Shown in pieces: positions 21,525-35,278 of a stretch of 64,000 nt of DNA. The first letter of the stretch is position 1. Each line of letters starts with the position of its first letter. Below the pieces are notes generated by a model. That model had not been told where the DNA came from and ran no database searches. It was given only the letters and a program-made list of their open reading frames with translations. The stretch lies in contig RBZT01000635.1 of the NCBI GenBank assembly GCA_003693705.1, positions 1 through 64,000 of the forward strand, given 5' to 3'. The translations under genes and the position numbers were made by a program. This DNA is from Polymyxa betae A26-41 (lineage: Eukaryota > Protista > Endomyxa: Phytomyxea).

Positions 21525-22768
21525 ATGTCCCTCAGTCCCTCTAAAGTGCAGTTATACACCTTTAGGTGCATCGCTGACAATCTGGTCATGGTCATCACAC
21601 GCCGTCGCACGAGACAGATGATGGCCGCGAAAACGGAGTGCTCCGGCGGCGAGGCGTCCCAGAATCAGAACCAGCAGGTCCTCCCGACCGTTGAGGAAGA
21701 GCCGTCTCCAATCTTGCCCGTATTGAAAGAAGAGGATGTCGTCAATATCGCCACGTTCTGCCCAAATCTGTCGTTCGCAGATCGGATCGGAGCTTGTCTT
21801 TCAGATGTGCACCGTCAGCTGGAGCGAATTGCAAGCCGTAGTGAGGCAGGAAGCGGCGAGCTGCGCGCCATTGGAGCGGTCGTTGACGCCGCTAACGTCA
21901 GCATGCGCCAGTCGGTCCAGGAAGACATGAACGACATCAAGCAGCTGGTAGCGGAGGTCAGGACCAATCAGCATTCAATTCGCGAAGAGATCAGCAGAAT
22001 TCGATTGGATATGAAATCGCAGAACACTCACGTTCTTATTGAAATCCGTGCGATGATCGAGGAGAGCGAGAAACGGCGTTGCCGAGATCTGGATCGGGCC
22101 TCGGATTCGATTGCCAGAATACGCGACGAGTTCCACGAACTTCTATGTGCACTGGATTCACGTGAAAATGAAGCTTCGCCGTCAAAACTGGAACGAGCTA
22201 AGAGGCCACTACGACACGAGCTGAAGCCGATAGCTAAGAAATCGAAGCAGACGGAAAGCGGCGGCAAACCGCTGCATAACAGCGTGTTTGTAATACAACC
22301 GCCTCCACCGAATGATGAGCTGATTCCTAAGGTGATACCTGTAAATGCTGAAATGCTGGCTACATTTTGTCCTCATCCGGCGACTCCATGTAAGTCTGGA
22401 TTCGAGGGTTACATTAGCTTCCAATTAATAATCAAACAGTTCCATGAGGGTTCTTGCCGACATGCTGGCCGGTGTTCGTCGCCGTATCAAGAAAACAACG
22501 GTTATTTAATACAGATACAGAATATCTACCACGAATAACGAATTCGGTTATAACAAATCTGACCCCGAAAGTGCTTCTGAGAATGACATATCCAAAGACG
22601 TTGAGAATATACAACGTCGGCGACCAAAAAACTCTAACCTTGACCCGTCAAAATCACGGAGCGTTGAGAGTCTTCAGAAGCGAGGACGAAACCACCATCA
22701 GCAGCAAAAGAAATAGCAAGGGACCACATGGTCACCTAAAACTGAACAGCGACACAAGAACATCATGA
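21525..22768 (+). CDS. Hypothetical coiled-coil protein (start may be 21588)
   Basis: 337-aa ORF with a central coiled coil; a probable intron at about 22390-22439 leads into ORF 22454-22768. Confidence 0.55.
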
Positions 22769-22891
22769 TAGACAAGAGATCAGAATGAGCAATGTTATGT
22801 TGAAAGGCAGCGTCTCTGTAACAGCGACAGACGCAGCCAGATGGGGTCAAGGGGCCACCATCTTTAGTCGGACTTATCTCTTTATATCACC

Positions 22892-24412
22892 ATGATCCTG
22901 CTTGGCCGTCGTCATATCAACCTCGTCTCTAAGGTAGGCCAGCGTAGTACGTTCGGACGGTCCCGAGCTAATTCCTATGGGTAGAACTACTGGCGGGCAT
23001 TTGGTGCTGATGCCCAGACCGACCTGGTGGTGATCGGCGGTGGCCCTGGAGGCTATGTAGCTGCAATCAAGGCGGCCCAGCTGGGAATGAAGGTCACCTG
23101 TGTTGAATCCAGGGGGACGCTTGGTGGAACCTGCTTGAATGTCGGATGTATCCCTTCGAAAGCGCTCTTGAATTCATCGCATAAATTCCATGACGCCCAG
23201 CACGAGTTTGCTAAGCATGGTGTGGTGTTCGATGGCGTTCGCGTCGATTTCGACAAACTAATGCAAACCAAAGAGTCGGCTGTAAAGGGTCTTACGCAGG
23301 GCATTGAGGGTTTGTTCAAGAAGAACAAGGTCACCTATGTTAAGGGTTTCGCTTCCTTATCTGGACCTGATTCTGTAGAGGTTGCTTTGAATGATGGAGG
23401 AAAGCAGAAAATTTCCACCAAAAAAATTCTTCTGGCAACTGGTTCCGAGGTGACGCCTCTGTCTGGCATTGAAATTGATGAAGAAGTGATTGTGTCGTCA
23501 ACCGGCGCTCTATCCCTGAAACAAATTCCAAAGAGTCTTACAATCATTGGCGCTGGGGTTATTGGTCTCGAGCTCGGATCCGTCTATGCTCGCCTGGGTG
23601 CAGAAGTCACCGTTGTCGAATTCCTCAATCGTATTACCCCAGGCCTCGATAACGAAATTGCCAAGAACTTTCAGAGGATTTTGGAAAAGCAATCTTTCAA
23701 ATTCCGTCTTGGTCAGAAGGTGAAGAGCGCCAAGAAGGCTGATGGTGGCGTGAAAGTAGAGATTGAAAGTGTTTCTGATGGCAAAACCGATGAAATTGTT
23801 TCCGATACAGTTCTCGTTTCCATAGGACGCCGTCCATTCACGAAGGATCTCGGTTTGGAGAAACTCGGTATTAAGACCGATAAGAGAGGCTTTATCCCCG
23901 TCAATGAACAATGGCAGACGTCGGTTCCGAGCGTCTACGCTATCGGTGATTGTGTGCCTGGGCCTATGTTGGCTCACAAAGCTGAAGACGAAGGAATAGC
24001 TGTTGCTGAGCATTTAGCCGGTAAACATGGTCATATCAACTATGATGTTATTCCAAGTGTTATCTACACTCATCCCGAAGTCGCTTTTGTCGGGAAAACC
24101 GAAGAGCAGCTAAAAGAGGCCAAAGTTGAATACAACGTCGGAAAGTTCCCGTTGATGGCGAACAGCCGAGCTCGAACCAATATGGATTCTGAAGGCTTTA
24201 TCAAGATTCTGGCTGATAAGAAGACGGATCGGGTTTTGGGTGTCCATGTGATCGGATCGAACGCAGGAGAGATGATCGCTGAAGGCTGCCTAGCAATGGA
24301 ATACGGCGCCTCGTCTGAGGATATTGCTCGGGTTTGTCACGCGCATCCAACACTTTCGGAAGCGTTCCGAGAAGCTGCCATGAGCGCTTACGATAAGCCT
24401 ATCCATTTCTGA
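22892..24412 (+). CDS. DLD: Mitochondrial dihydrolipoamide dehydrogenase (E3)
   Basis: [46 protein letters not shown] and [10 protein letters not shown] short presequence exon and an intron at about 22934-22984 precede the ORF. Confidence 0.97.
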
Positions 24413-24455
24413 TCTTTCGTATATTGTTAAAATGAAATAAATACGTTCGATAGAT

Positions 24456-26940
24456 TTATTCACACAATATTACTTCCTGTTCTTGGAGAAATTTTCGAAA
24501 TATCGAACGGATTCAGGAGAGGTTCGAGGCCTTACTTCCCGGAGAGCGTCCTCGAAGTTTTGCTTAGTGATGCCGCGTAACTTACTCGTCAGTTCAAAGT
24601 CTTCCATCGCCTTCATTGCTGCTTCTTTACAAACAGCTCCAAGTTCTGCCCCAGAATAGCCATCACATTTTCTTGCAGCCTCCTCGATCTCAATAGGCTC
24701 GGCAACAGCATATTTTGCCCTGAAACGAAACTGTTAGTTACGATTGATATAATACGACAACGGCGATCGTACAAATGGATCTTCAAAATCTGAACACGAG
24801 CGTCATAATTGGGTAGCGTCACGTAGCATAGACGGTCAAGTCTCCCTGGCCGAAGAAGGGCAGGATCGAGCGAGCCAGGTCGATTCGTAGCAGCAACGAC
24901 GATCACAGATCCGTGTGATTCGATTCCGTCCAGTTCGATAAGAAGTTGACTAAGAACCCGATCGCCTACGCCAGATCCGCTACTGTCTCCGCCCATACCG
25001 GATCGAGCACATGCGATCGAATCAATTTCATCGAAAAAAACAATGGCAGGGGCGGCAGCTCTGGCCGTTGTGAAAACGTCGCGGAGGGCTTTCTCGCTGT
25101 CTCCTACCCATTTGGACAGCAATTCGGGGCCTTTGACAGCAATGAAGTTTAACGACGATTCTGTGGCAAGCGCTCTTGCCATCATCGTCTTTGAACAGCC
25201 TGGTGGACCATATAATAGTACACCTCGCGGAGGACGAATGCCAAGGCGTTCGAACGATTCCGGAAATTTCAGCGGCCACTCAACCACCTCCCTCAAGATC
25301 GACTTGGCTTCTTCTTGGCCGCCGATATCCTTCCAATAGACTTTAGGAACCTCCACGATATTCTCTCGCAGAGCCGAAGGTTTGACAACGTTAAGCGCTA
25401 ATCGGAGGTCCCTTCCCTCACAATGCGAGGAATGACGCCGAAGGGCGGCAATTGCTGCTTCTTGGACCAATGCACGAAGATCGGCACCAACGAAACCGTG
25501 TGCCACGTCTGCAACGAATCGAATATCCTCTTCAGTGATGCCATGATTTCCGAGAGAGTTTACAATAACCCGAAGGATGGACACGCGATTGGTTGGGTTT
25601 GGAGCCCCGATTAAAATTTCGCGACCAAATCTGCCGGGACGCCTCAAAGACGGATCGATGGAGCTTGGACGATTAGTGGCTCCCAAAATGAAAACCCGAG
25701 AGCTGTTGGAGAGGCTATCGAAAAATCTGGACAGGGTAGAAGCAATTCGAGCGCCCATTGCTGATTCTGCAGAGTCGGAAGACGCCATTGGGCAAAGGAT
25801 GTCAATTTCGTCCCTAAAAATTGCTCAGAGAAACAACCAGGTACATGTAAGCATACGAACAGGAATATTATCGAAGGCGCTTGAGCAACTGCCTTGCGAA
25901 AGACCTGCTGGAGATTGGCTTCTGAGACGCCAACAATGCCAGAAAGACAATCAGATCCGTCGACGGGAAAGAACGCCGCTCTCATAGCTTTCGCTAATTG
26001 TATTGCGATCAGGGTTTTGCCAGTCCCTGGAGGCCTACATCAAATCAGCAAACCAGCCCGTTCAACGAAATGAAAGGAAATATGTCACGATTCAGAAAAA
26101 AATATAAACAGTCTCATACCCATGAAGTAAGAGGCCTTTACAGGACACCGGAATCTTCATGTTTTCGAGCAGATCGGATCGATGCAAGCAGACCGTGGCG
26201 AAATCTCGAATCGATTTCAATTCGGATTCTAACCCACCAATACCCGCAAGCGCATCGTCGACATCGATCGAATCGAACAAGGGCTCCTGAGTGGAAATGA
26301 CAACCGCTGTACGAGATGTCAACCGATAGACGGCATCTGGCTTCGATGGGTCGCAAACGCGAAGTCGATACTGAAACGACTCTCCCATAGCTTCAATTCG
26401 TAGGACTTGACCATCGACGACATATAGCTCAGGAATCGTTTGATAAACGGCAGCAGATCGGACGGCCGAATCGCAATCGCCATCCAGAGGAATCAGCTGA
26501 ATAGAAAGTGCCAAGATCGGGGATGTCGGTAGCGGTTTAATCGTAGCTGTATGCAATCTCTCATCGCTGAGATAATAATCGGGGAGGTAAACATGAGGCT
26601 TCTTGACGACCGCCTGGCAGACCTGGCATGGGATATGCAGCGGTTCTAACATGCAGAGCCGCGGAAGCGAAAACTGTCTGCTTAGGACAACACATTGCGA
26701 TAACGACGACGCCATCGTTTTCCATTTTGCTGGCGCCTTTTCTAACGAGCTGATCGAATCCGCAACGATATGCTGCGCTTCTGGTTTTGCGTCCTGTTTT
26801 ATTTGCAACGACACCAAGGCCGGAATCGGGTTCAGCGGATCATCTTCTGCTGGCTGGTCATTGTTCATATCAGATACCTGGCAGGGAGCTGATAATGGGA
26901 ACGAAGCACGACTACGCCGTCTGCCTGTGTTCTTTCCCAT
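24456..26940 (-). CDS. AFG2: Double AAA+ ATPase AFG2/SPATA5 (Drg1)
   Basis: D1: HGPPGTGKT (split by an intron), LRRPGRFGREI and HGFVGADL. D2: WKDIGGQEEAK, YGPPGCSKT (AFG2-typical), SKWVGDSE and LRPGRLDR. Confidence 0.88.
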
Positions 26941-27463
26941 CTATCAGCTTCACTTCAAGGCGACAAAGCTGGAGCGCAACCTCGATGTAACGTAAGCCAG
27001 ATTCTGCGCAAACATCGAATCGATTCACCTTGAAAGTTTGGGAACTTTTCGAATCTGATTCTACGTAACTCTATTCCGTTGGTGGAAATGTTCTGTTTAA
27101 TAAAAAATGTGATAAACAACGCCAAGACAGTCTGAAAATCTCAGCTGGTTTCCGCCATCAAATAGGTATGATTCTTGTGAATCACGTAGTCTGCCTCATC
27201 CGATGCTTGCGATATTTTGTTCTGGTGCCTACAAAGTTATCTGCAATAGAACGGTAAATGCATTACCTATTTATCTCTCGAGGTCAAGCCCGTTTTGGAC
27301 TCAGTCTATCTATCCTGATTGTAACGCACTCTATGAATGAGATTGAGAGTCTTGATATTGCATACCTTGACGACTCGACCATTGCGGTAGACTATTAGAA
27401 GGTCGCGCCGTCTCCCCTTAGCTAAGTGCCGCCTCACATTGCACATTACTTAATGATCTTGCT

Positions 27464-29073
27464 ATGGTGTCAATGATCAGACACATCTCGGCGACAGCTG
27501 CGTTTGGCTTAAGACGAAATTGTCTTCAACGCTCAACCTGCAGGCGGCTTTCCGATTCAGCACAGTACTATCTCGGCGTGAAGAATGCCCCGTTCGCTAC
27601 GACTATGGAGTTCACAAGTACTAGCTGTACGATACCAACATACCGAGTCATCGATTCCAAAGGCAAGCTTATCGATAAGGACCATGTCGTCCAGGTTCGC
27701 GAGCAATTTGGTACATCTTATTATGTGATCTGATAATATCCAGCTGGATGACGAATTGCTCGTGGATCTATACAAAGGGATGGTGACATTACGAACAATG
27801 GACACCATTTTCTGTACGCCTGCCAAATCCGAAGCCCTAGCGTTTGCTGATTCTTCGTGCAGATGATATCCAGCGCCAAGGGAGGATCTCCTTTTATGTA
27901 CGAGTTCTACAGTTAGCTCCCAAAATCTGATGACAATTGGTAGATGACCAGCACTGGTGAAGAAGCGCTGCAGTTCGGATCAGCTTCAGCTCTGAACCCT
28001 GACGATATCGTCTATGGGCAATGTTCGTAATCCACCGGATTTATAGCTTTTTAGAAACCGCTTTTTTTTTCTAAAGTTAGCGTCTGGTCAAGTAATAATT
28101 TGTTGCTTTTTGAAAGTTGGGTTCTAAGAAACATCTCTGATGGTTTCGCTCAGATCGTGAGCCGGGTGTTATTATGTACAGAGGATACACATTGGACCAG
28201 TTCGCATCACAATGTTTCTCGGTCTTCGATGATCTCGGCAAAGGGCGTCAGATGCCGGTGCACTATGGTTCCCGAGACCTTCATTATCACACAATTTCAA
28301 GCCCGTTAACCACCCAGCTGCCCCAAGCCTCTGGCGCTGCCTATGCCATGAAGAGAGAGGACAAAGGTCGCTGTGTGATCTGTTATTTCGGCGACGGGGC
28401 GGCTTCCGAAGGCGATTTCCATCCCGCTATGAACTTCGCAGTGACCCGGGAATGCCCGGTGATCTTCTTCTGCCGTAATAACGGCTATGCAATTAGCACG
28501 CCCATCAGTGACCAATACGGGGGTGACGGGATCGCCCCGCGGGCTATCGGCTATGGAATGGAGGCGGTCCGTGTTGACGGCAATGATATCTTCGCCGTTT
28601 ATGAAGCGACCAAGGAGGCCAGGAAGCGTGCCGTTTCCGAGAATCGCCCGATTCTGATCGAGGCGATGTCGTACCGTCGTGGGCATCATTCCACGAGCGA
28701 TGATTCTACAGCGTAAGAGCTTTTGGTGATGTTGTAAGAAACGTTCATTCACCGACATCGTAGGTATCGACCGGCGGCTGAAATATCGCAATGGCAGTCA
28801 ATGGATGATCCGATAACCAGAACGCGGCAGTATCTGTTTTCTAAAGGTCTCTGGAGTGAAGAGCAGGACACCACTCATATGAAAGACGCACGTGATCGAG
28901 TTATAGCTGCAGTCAACACAGCTGAAAAGAAACCCAAACCATCGCTGTCAGAGATGTTCACCGATGTCTATGACGAGATGCCTCAACATCTTCAGGAACA
29001 ACAAGAACAGCTTCATGAACATCTCCGAAACCATTCTAACTCCTATAAGCTCGACCAATTCCATAAGGACTAA
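27464..29073 (+). CDS. BCKDHA: Branched-chain alpha-keto acid dehydrogenase E1 alpha
   Basis: [68 protein letters not shown] and [12 protein letters not shown]; 6 exons. Confidence 0.96.
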
Positions 29074-29227
29074 TTCATGACGAACTGCACAGTATTCCTG
29101 TCTGAATAAAATGTATAAGCTGAATACTCACACCTACGAAAAGTTTATTTAGTTTTCTGAAAAATCTCATGTCGAATTCAATAATGCCGTCAGAGCGCCC
29201 AGCACGACCGCGACCGCACTCCGCTGA

Positions 29228-32156
29228 ATGTCAGACGATGTCAGGCTGGGCCAGATCGATCTGATCGACGACGATGACGACGACTGCGTCGTGCTGGCCG
29301 AGGACCCGTGCTCTCCTAGCAGCACGTCGCTGAGCTCTGGGGCGGCGGACGAGACCGGCGCCGTTACCGACGCCGACGCATTCGCCGAGATCGCCGCCGA
29401 GATTGCCGTCCCCGATCATGACTGTCTAACCGTTCTCTGCGACGGCATCTGCCCTGCCGACCTCATCGTCGCCTCAATCGTTGCAGCCGACACCCGCCCC
29501 AATGATCTCATCCTGATCTTCAACCTCTCATCCGCCTCCGATCTCTCCTCGAAGCTTTCCACAATGGAGCAGTACGTCCACGATCGACTCGCGCTTCTCA
29601 CACCGCCGCTCCCCATGACCAAAGTCAGCAGCGCTGTACCGGCCCTGGTCCGTCAGCGCCTTTACATCAGCGGTCACGTATTCTCGATGCCGTTGACGAC
29701 GGCGTCGCTGGATCTGATCCAGGGCGTGCTCCCGGCGCATCTCATCAAAGGCGTAATCATCCTCGAGGCGCACAAGGTCGTCCCCGGATCGCGCGAAGCC
29801 CTCGTCCTGCGTCTGATCCGGGACGGATGCCGCCGCCACCCGCATGGGGCGGTACGCCCGCCGTTCCTGAAACTGTTCACCGGCAATGCCGTCGTCCTGG
29901 ACAACGCGTACAACCGCCTGGAACGCGTTCTGATCAGTGCCGGAGTGTCGCAGGTCCATTTCTGGCCCCGATTCCGCGTCCGACTACGTCATGCCCTGGC
30001 GCGGACCCCGATCGACGACGTCACCGTCGAGCTGTCGCTGACGGACGCGCAGAAACAGATTCAGGCGGCCGTCCAGCAGGTCCTGCAGATCTGCGTTGAC
30101 GAAGCCGTCTCGTCCGCTAAGCGCTACCTGACCGATCTCGTACTGCCCCAGGACAACCTGCTGGCTGCGCAGCACGATATCCGTCTCCGATGTCTGTTAC
30201 GATCGAAATGGCATAATGTTGGACAGAAGACGCGGCAGCTGATCGCGGATATCGCTCTGTTAAGGAAGCTGTTCTCGCTGCTGGTTGCGACCGATGCCGT
30301 TTCGTTCTATCGGTTTCTGCGATCGGTTCAGGCGACGCCTCGCTCGCAGCACTCGCAATGGCTGCTGACGGCGCCCGCCGATCGTCTCTTCAAGCTCGCC
30401 AAACGTCGCGTCTACTCGGTCACGGCCGGGCCTCGTCTCGGCGTCCATCTGCAGCCGAATCCTAAATGGGCCATCGTTCGGCAGATTCTCGAAGAGATTC
30501 GTGCCGATGGCATTCCACGGCCTGGGCCAGTACTGCTGATCTGCGACGATGTGTCGTCGTGCGGTGCGTTACGTGAGCTGTTGCAGGTCGGCGCCGAGGC
30601 TTATCTCGAGAAGCGATGGTTTCAGTATCTGCATAGCTTACGCCTTGAACGGGTGGTCGATGAGGACGATGATGATGGCGGGAAGCGCAACGACGAGGTC
30701 GCCAAGGCGTTCGCTGCGAAACGTGTCGAGCAGCGCCTTCTTCGTAATGAATATCGCCGCCTCGTGGAGGTCAGGAAGGCGCGCCCTACAGAGGCGTTCG
30801 TCCAGACGACCTTATCGCAGTTCGGCGTCGTTTCTTCGACGGCGGCAAAGGCGGCGGCGCCGGCCAAGCGTGCCCGCAAGAAGGTCAAGTTCGTGAGGCC
30901 ACCGGCAGCAGCAGCAGCCCCGGCACCAACGCCGACGACCTCGTCATCGAAATCCAGCAGCGTCTCGCTGCGTGAGGCGCTGGCGGCCGTGCCGGCCGGT
31001 ACAACGCCGACTTTGTTGGAAGATGAAGATGATCTGCACGTGATGTTCTGGGCTTCTGGCAGCGATTTCATCCCGCTTAATATGATCAATGTGGGTAGCG
31101 CGTTTGTTGTTTGTCGAAGTTTTGAAAAAAGTTTTTCGTTTTATTTTATTTTGAAAAACTTTTTTCTTCATTTTGATGCTTTTGATAACGTGATTGCAGC
31201 CAATGTATGTGATCGTTTACGATAACGATGTGGGCGTCCTTCGGCAGCTGGAGATGGCGAAGTCGCGCTGCCCCTCGATTCTGCATCGCGTCTATACCGT
31301 CATGTACGAGGACTCGATCGAGGACGCCGTCCATCACGATCGCATTCGCCGCGAATGCAACGTCTTCGAATCGCTGGCGCAGCAGAAGGCCCGCATGGTC
31401 CTGCCGTCCAGCGCCGCCTCAACCGTGCTCCAGGCGCCCGCCGATCTCGGCAGCACGCGCAAGGGTGGCGGCGCCATTGCCGTCGTACCGGCCCCGCAGA
31501 TCATCGTCGATATCCGCGAATTCCGCAGCTCGTTGCCCGGGTCGTTGTACGAGGCCGGCGTCCGCATCGTGCCGGTCACGCTCGAGGTCGGCGATTACGT
31601 TCTGACGCCCGATATCTGCATTGAGAGGAAGAGCATCTCGGATCTGGTCGGGTCGCTGAACTCGGGTCGGCTGTTCTCACAGCTGACCGCCATGAAACGA
31701 TTCTATGTGCATCCGTTCCTGCTCATCGAATTCGATGCCGCCGATCCGTTCTCGTTCCAGGTCGAGCTTCACGGCTCGGTGAGCTCGGCGCAGATCTGCA
31801 CCAGACTCGCCATGATCTGTCTGGCGTTCCCCGAGATTCGAATCATCTGGAGTCGATCGTCGCAGGCGACCGCGTCGATGTTCCTGAAGCTGAAGAGCGG
31901 TCGGCCGCAGCCCGATGTGGGCAAGGCGGCCACGATCGCGAACGACGATGAAGGCGGCGATTCCGGGTCGTATGTGGCAACCGATATGCTGAGACGTCTG
32001 CCGGGCGTCTCGCCGTCGAATATTAATCAGTTGATGAAGTCGGTGACCTGCTTGGCGGATCTGGCCAAACTCGATAAAGCGACGTTGAGTCGTGCGTTGG
32101 GAGCCAGCCAAGCGACCAATCTGATGGAGTTCTTTCACAGCGATATGGCCTTATAA
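29228..32156 (+). CDS. XPF: DNA repair endonuclease XPF/ERCC4/Rad1
   Basis: N-terminal helicase-like region (FWPRFR, GQKTRQLIADI, PNPKW), nuclease domain VDIREFRSSLP..VGDYVLTPDICIERKSISDL and HhH LRRLPGV; one intron at 31091-31199. Confidence 0.95.
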
Positions 32157-32552
32157 TATTCAATCGTCATATCTCCATACTCCATAATTCGTCATTACAA
32201 AATAATCATTGTAAGATTGTTTGAAAGTATTATAACGAGAAAGTTGTTGAAAAATTTCAAAATTTCACGACTTCCCAGCGCCCACTACGTGCTACAGCCG
32301 AGCGACAGCTCGAGGGCCGCGGCGATTCATGATGGCGTTGAAAGACAGCAGATGAGTCGCATGACGGCGGATGAGTCGGCGACCACCTTTTTCAATGCAT
32401 AGAGTAACCTGATTCATTTTGGAATCGGGAAAAGGAATCGGGTTTCTCTATTGTGGAACCGTATCAATACATCCTTCATTCCCCCGAAAATCCGTTGGCT
32501 CCCCGTTAGTCCCCGCGAGTCGATTGGTTATAATATTCAATAGTTTATAAGG

Positions 32553-33122
32553 TCAAGAACCGCCTGCTCGGAATCCCAGACCAACACAATGCTCAATGGT
32601 GTCTTCAGCAGACAGATAGAACTTAGGTATGGTGTATGCAGAGGCCACGATAGCAGCAGTCAATGCCACCATCGAATACGTCACCATCGATGGCAGCGAG
32701 ATCAGCAGCAGGTTCTGCAGAGCCCAGGCCAGGGCGATCGACGCCCCCGATCCCTCGCGACCCAGCTCCGTCTTCGGATCGAACTGCAGGCGACCCTCCA
32801 GCCATCGCTGCTGGGCCAGTGTGCCCCCAGCGACCAGGGCCAGCACGGTGAACAAGATCCGGGTCACGATCGGATCGGGGAGGAGGGCGGCGGTCAGGCA
32901 GGATGACGCCGCGAACCCGTACAACGACATCCAGAACCAGGAATCCGGATCGCTGCACGACGCCGGGTGTGGATCAGTACGACGGATGAGACGAACGAGG
33001 ACCAGACGCGGCTCTTACTTCATCTGGACGTAGGTGGCATAGGCGAAGAAGATCGCCATGAGCCCGTTCGACCAGCACCGAGCGCCCATCTTGGTCTGGA
33101 TCGACGACGACGGTTTCCCCAT
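32553..33122 (-). CDS. TMEM220: TMEM220-family membrane protein
   Basis: Spliced FFAYATYVQMN|DPDSWFWMSLYG (QxNDPD motif) and TELGREGSG. Confidence 0.8.
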
Positions 33123-33336
33123 CGAATCCTGGGCCGGACGTAATATTGAAGTTACAGTGAATGACGAGCTGATTACGGGCTGGGCTGGGTTCGCACCAAA
33201 GCCAGAAACGGATGCGCCGGCGCTCCCAACCTGGATCTGGCGGATTTCTCGTCAGGCAATATGATGGATGAAAGTCTTATTAATTACACCGTGTATTAAA
33301 TTATAGCGATACTGGATCGGATGTTTGGGCAGATTG

Positions 33337-34284
33337 CTAATTGATAACGTGACTTTCATACGTCGGGATCATGTATTTGATGTTGATGAAGGCGTCCTCA
33401 CCGCCATTGATCTCGAACAGCTCCAATGTCTCCTCGATCAGATCGCCCAGATTATCGCGATGTCGTTGTCCATAATCGATGGCGTCGCCGTTATTCACTA
33501 TCTGCTGTCAGTTCATGGCGCAATTCCCCCCTTAACAACCTCACCGTTCTTGTTTTTGAACAAATTGAAAACCGGCAGGATCTGGCGGTAATACGGGACC
33601 AACGCCTCTCCGATCATATCGTTAGTCTGAACCAATTGCTGTAATATCTGCAACATCGGGCAGATAATCTCGGGATCCCGCGTGTTTAATGCCGCTGGAA
33701 ACTCTGTCAGTTGATTTAACGAATTGTTTCGCCATCCGACTTTTGATAGGAATGATGATCTGCGGGATTACAGGCAGAATCCGATCACCTCCGTTCGTTA
33801 GCAGCTCTTTGGTCCCAGCGAACGCCAAAAACCTATATGGCTCCGTCTTCTCTCGTAATCCATCGAAGAAGATCGGCAGATAATGATGATAATCGAGCTT
33901 TGCAATATCAGCCTGCATCATCTCAGCAAGAACGCTTCGCGTTCAGACAACAACGACCTTCCACTGAACTCGGCGTGTAGCACCAGCAAACAGGACACGA
34001 ATGGGAAGATCGCCACGATCGTAGAAGCGCCGGAACTGCGTTAGTTCGGTGGATGGGCGAATCTTCATGGCTCCGGCACGAGCTGGTCCTTTATCGTGAT
34101 CGCCCTTCTTTGGTTTCGCTAGGCTGGATGAAGCACCGCCTTTCCCCATCATATTGATATACATTTCTCGGCGGGGACTCGCCTTCGCTTCCTGAAACGG
34201 AATTTGAAAAATCGGTCGTTTTTTCGAGATTGGATTTCGCCTCACCTTAGCAGCTTGGAGATGGGAGCGGAGAACGGTCGCCAT
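33337..34284 (-). CDS. PACRG: Parkin co-regulated gene protein (axonemal inner junction)
   Basis: [51 protein letters not shown] and [18 protein letters not shown]. Confidence 0.96.
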
Positions 34285-34657
34285 CGTATTAAATATGAGA
34301 ATGATCAGTAGGTCAGCACGGAAAAGATATGGTTCAGCTGGTGAAGATATTGCTTGCGGCGACCGGTACCAAACATCGCTGAAGATATTTTTCAGATGAA
34401 ATCAATGCAGATTTGACAATCGAAAATGAAAAAGAATGCAGCTTTCCAGATTCGATTCATCATCTGCATCTTTCATCGCCGATTAGCCATTATTCGCTGG
34501 TCCTCGTTGCAGCAACCTTATTGCTTCGCATTATTCTCAAATTTTCACATTTATAAAACAGGAAGACAAAACCATATTGCAGAACATATCGAAAAGATAT
34601 CGCCTCCAGGTAACATTCTCGTGCTGATGAGATTGCAGATATGTAGAGATTCCAGTC

Positions 34658-35260
34658 CTATATGATCTTGTGTATTAACTGCTGTAAAGGTTGTCCAAAC
34701 AGGACATCATGTCTAATATCAAGAAACAGCTTCGTCTCCTGCAACTGAAAGCGAACCGCTAAATACAGAATGACCCCAATAAGCGAACGTGACGCACCTT
34801 GAATACTATGATAGAATCATTGACATTTTGCAGACGATAAGGGATGGATTGAATCAGCGTTCGTGTCGGGACACTAACGACGTCATTGCCGACCGTTTTA
34901 ACGGTGACGACATCTCCATTTGGCGCCGCCCTGATCTCCGCCACCATACGACGATTTAATACCCGTATGGCTAACGCCGATAGGGTCGATACGGTCATGA
35001 TGGTGGTAGCGACCGTCACCGGCGCCTGCTCCACCACTTGGCTGGCGACCAAGGCGGCTCCTGATGCCAGACCGATTTGGATTCGCGCAGCCAGACCGAA
35101 CGCCCTGTACATCTTCTGTCGATATCCTCTCATCTGATACAGAATCGTGGACGACATGTTTGATGGATTCGAAGATAGAGAGAAGAACTCGGCAAGTGAG
35201 TGAAGATTTGGCACTGGCAATGAGCAGAAGGCGCAGCCCTACCCCTATCATGGCTTTCAT
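34658..35260 (-). CDS. Small 2-TM mitochondrial protein, TMEM70/186/223-like
   Basis: Two TM helices then RRMVAEIRAAPNGDVVTVKT; possible presequence exon MIGVGLRLLLIASAKSSLTCR; last exon ends at TAG 34658. Confidence 0.45.
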
Positions 35261-35278
35261 GGGGGCCTCATCGGGCTA

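Noticed and set aside
29231-32138. Numerous long antisense or alternate-frame ORFs over XPF (also over OSCA, DLD, LARP and the ATPases)
   Set aside because: Shadow ORFs expected from GC-rich codon usage; no independent motifs.
32322-32360. SECIS-like AUGA...AAA...GA stem
   Set aside because: Helix II is too short (about 7 bp versus about 11-12) and upstream XPF has no in-frame UGA.
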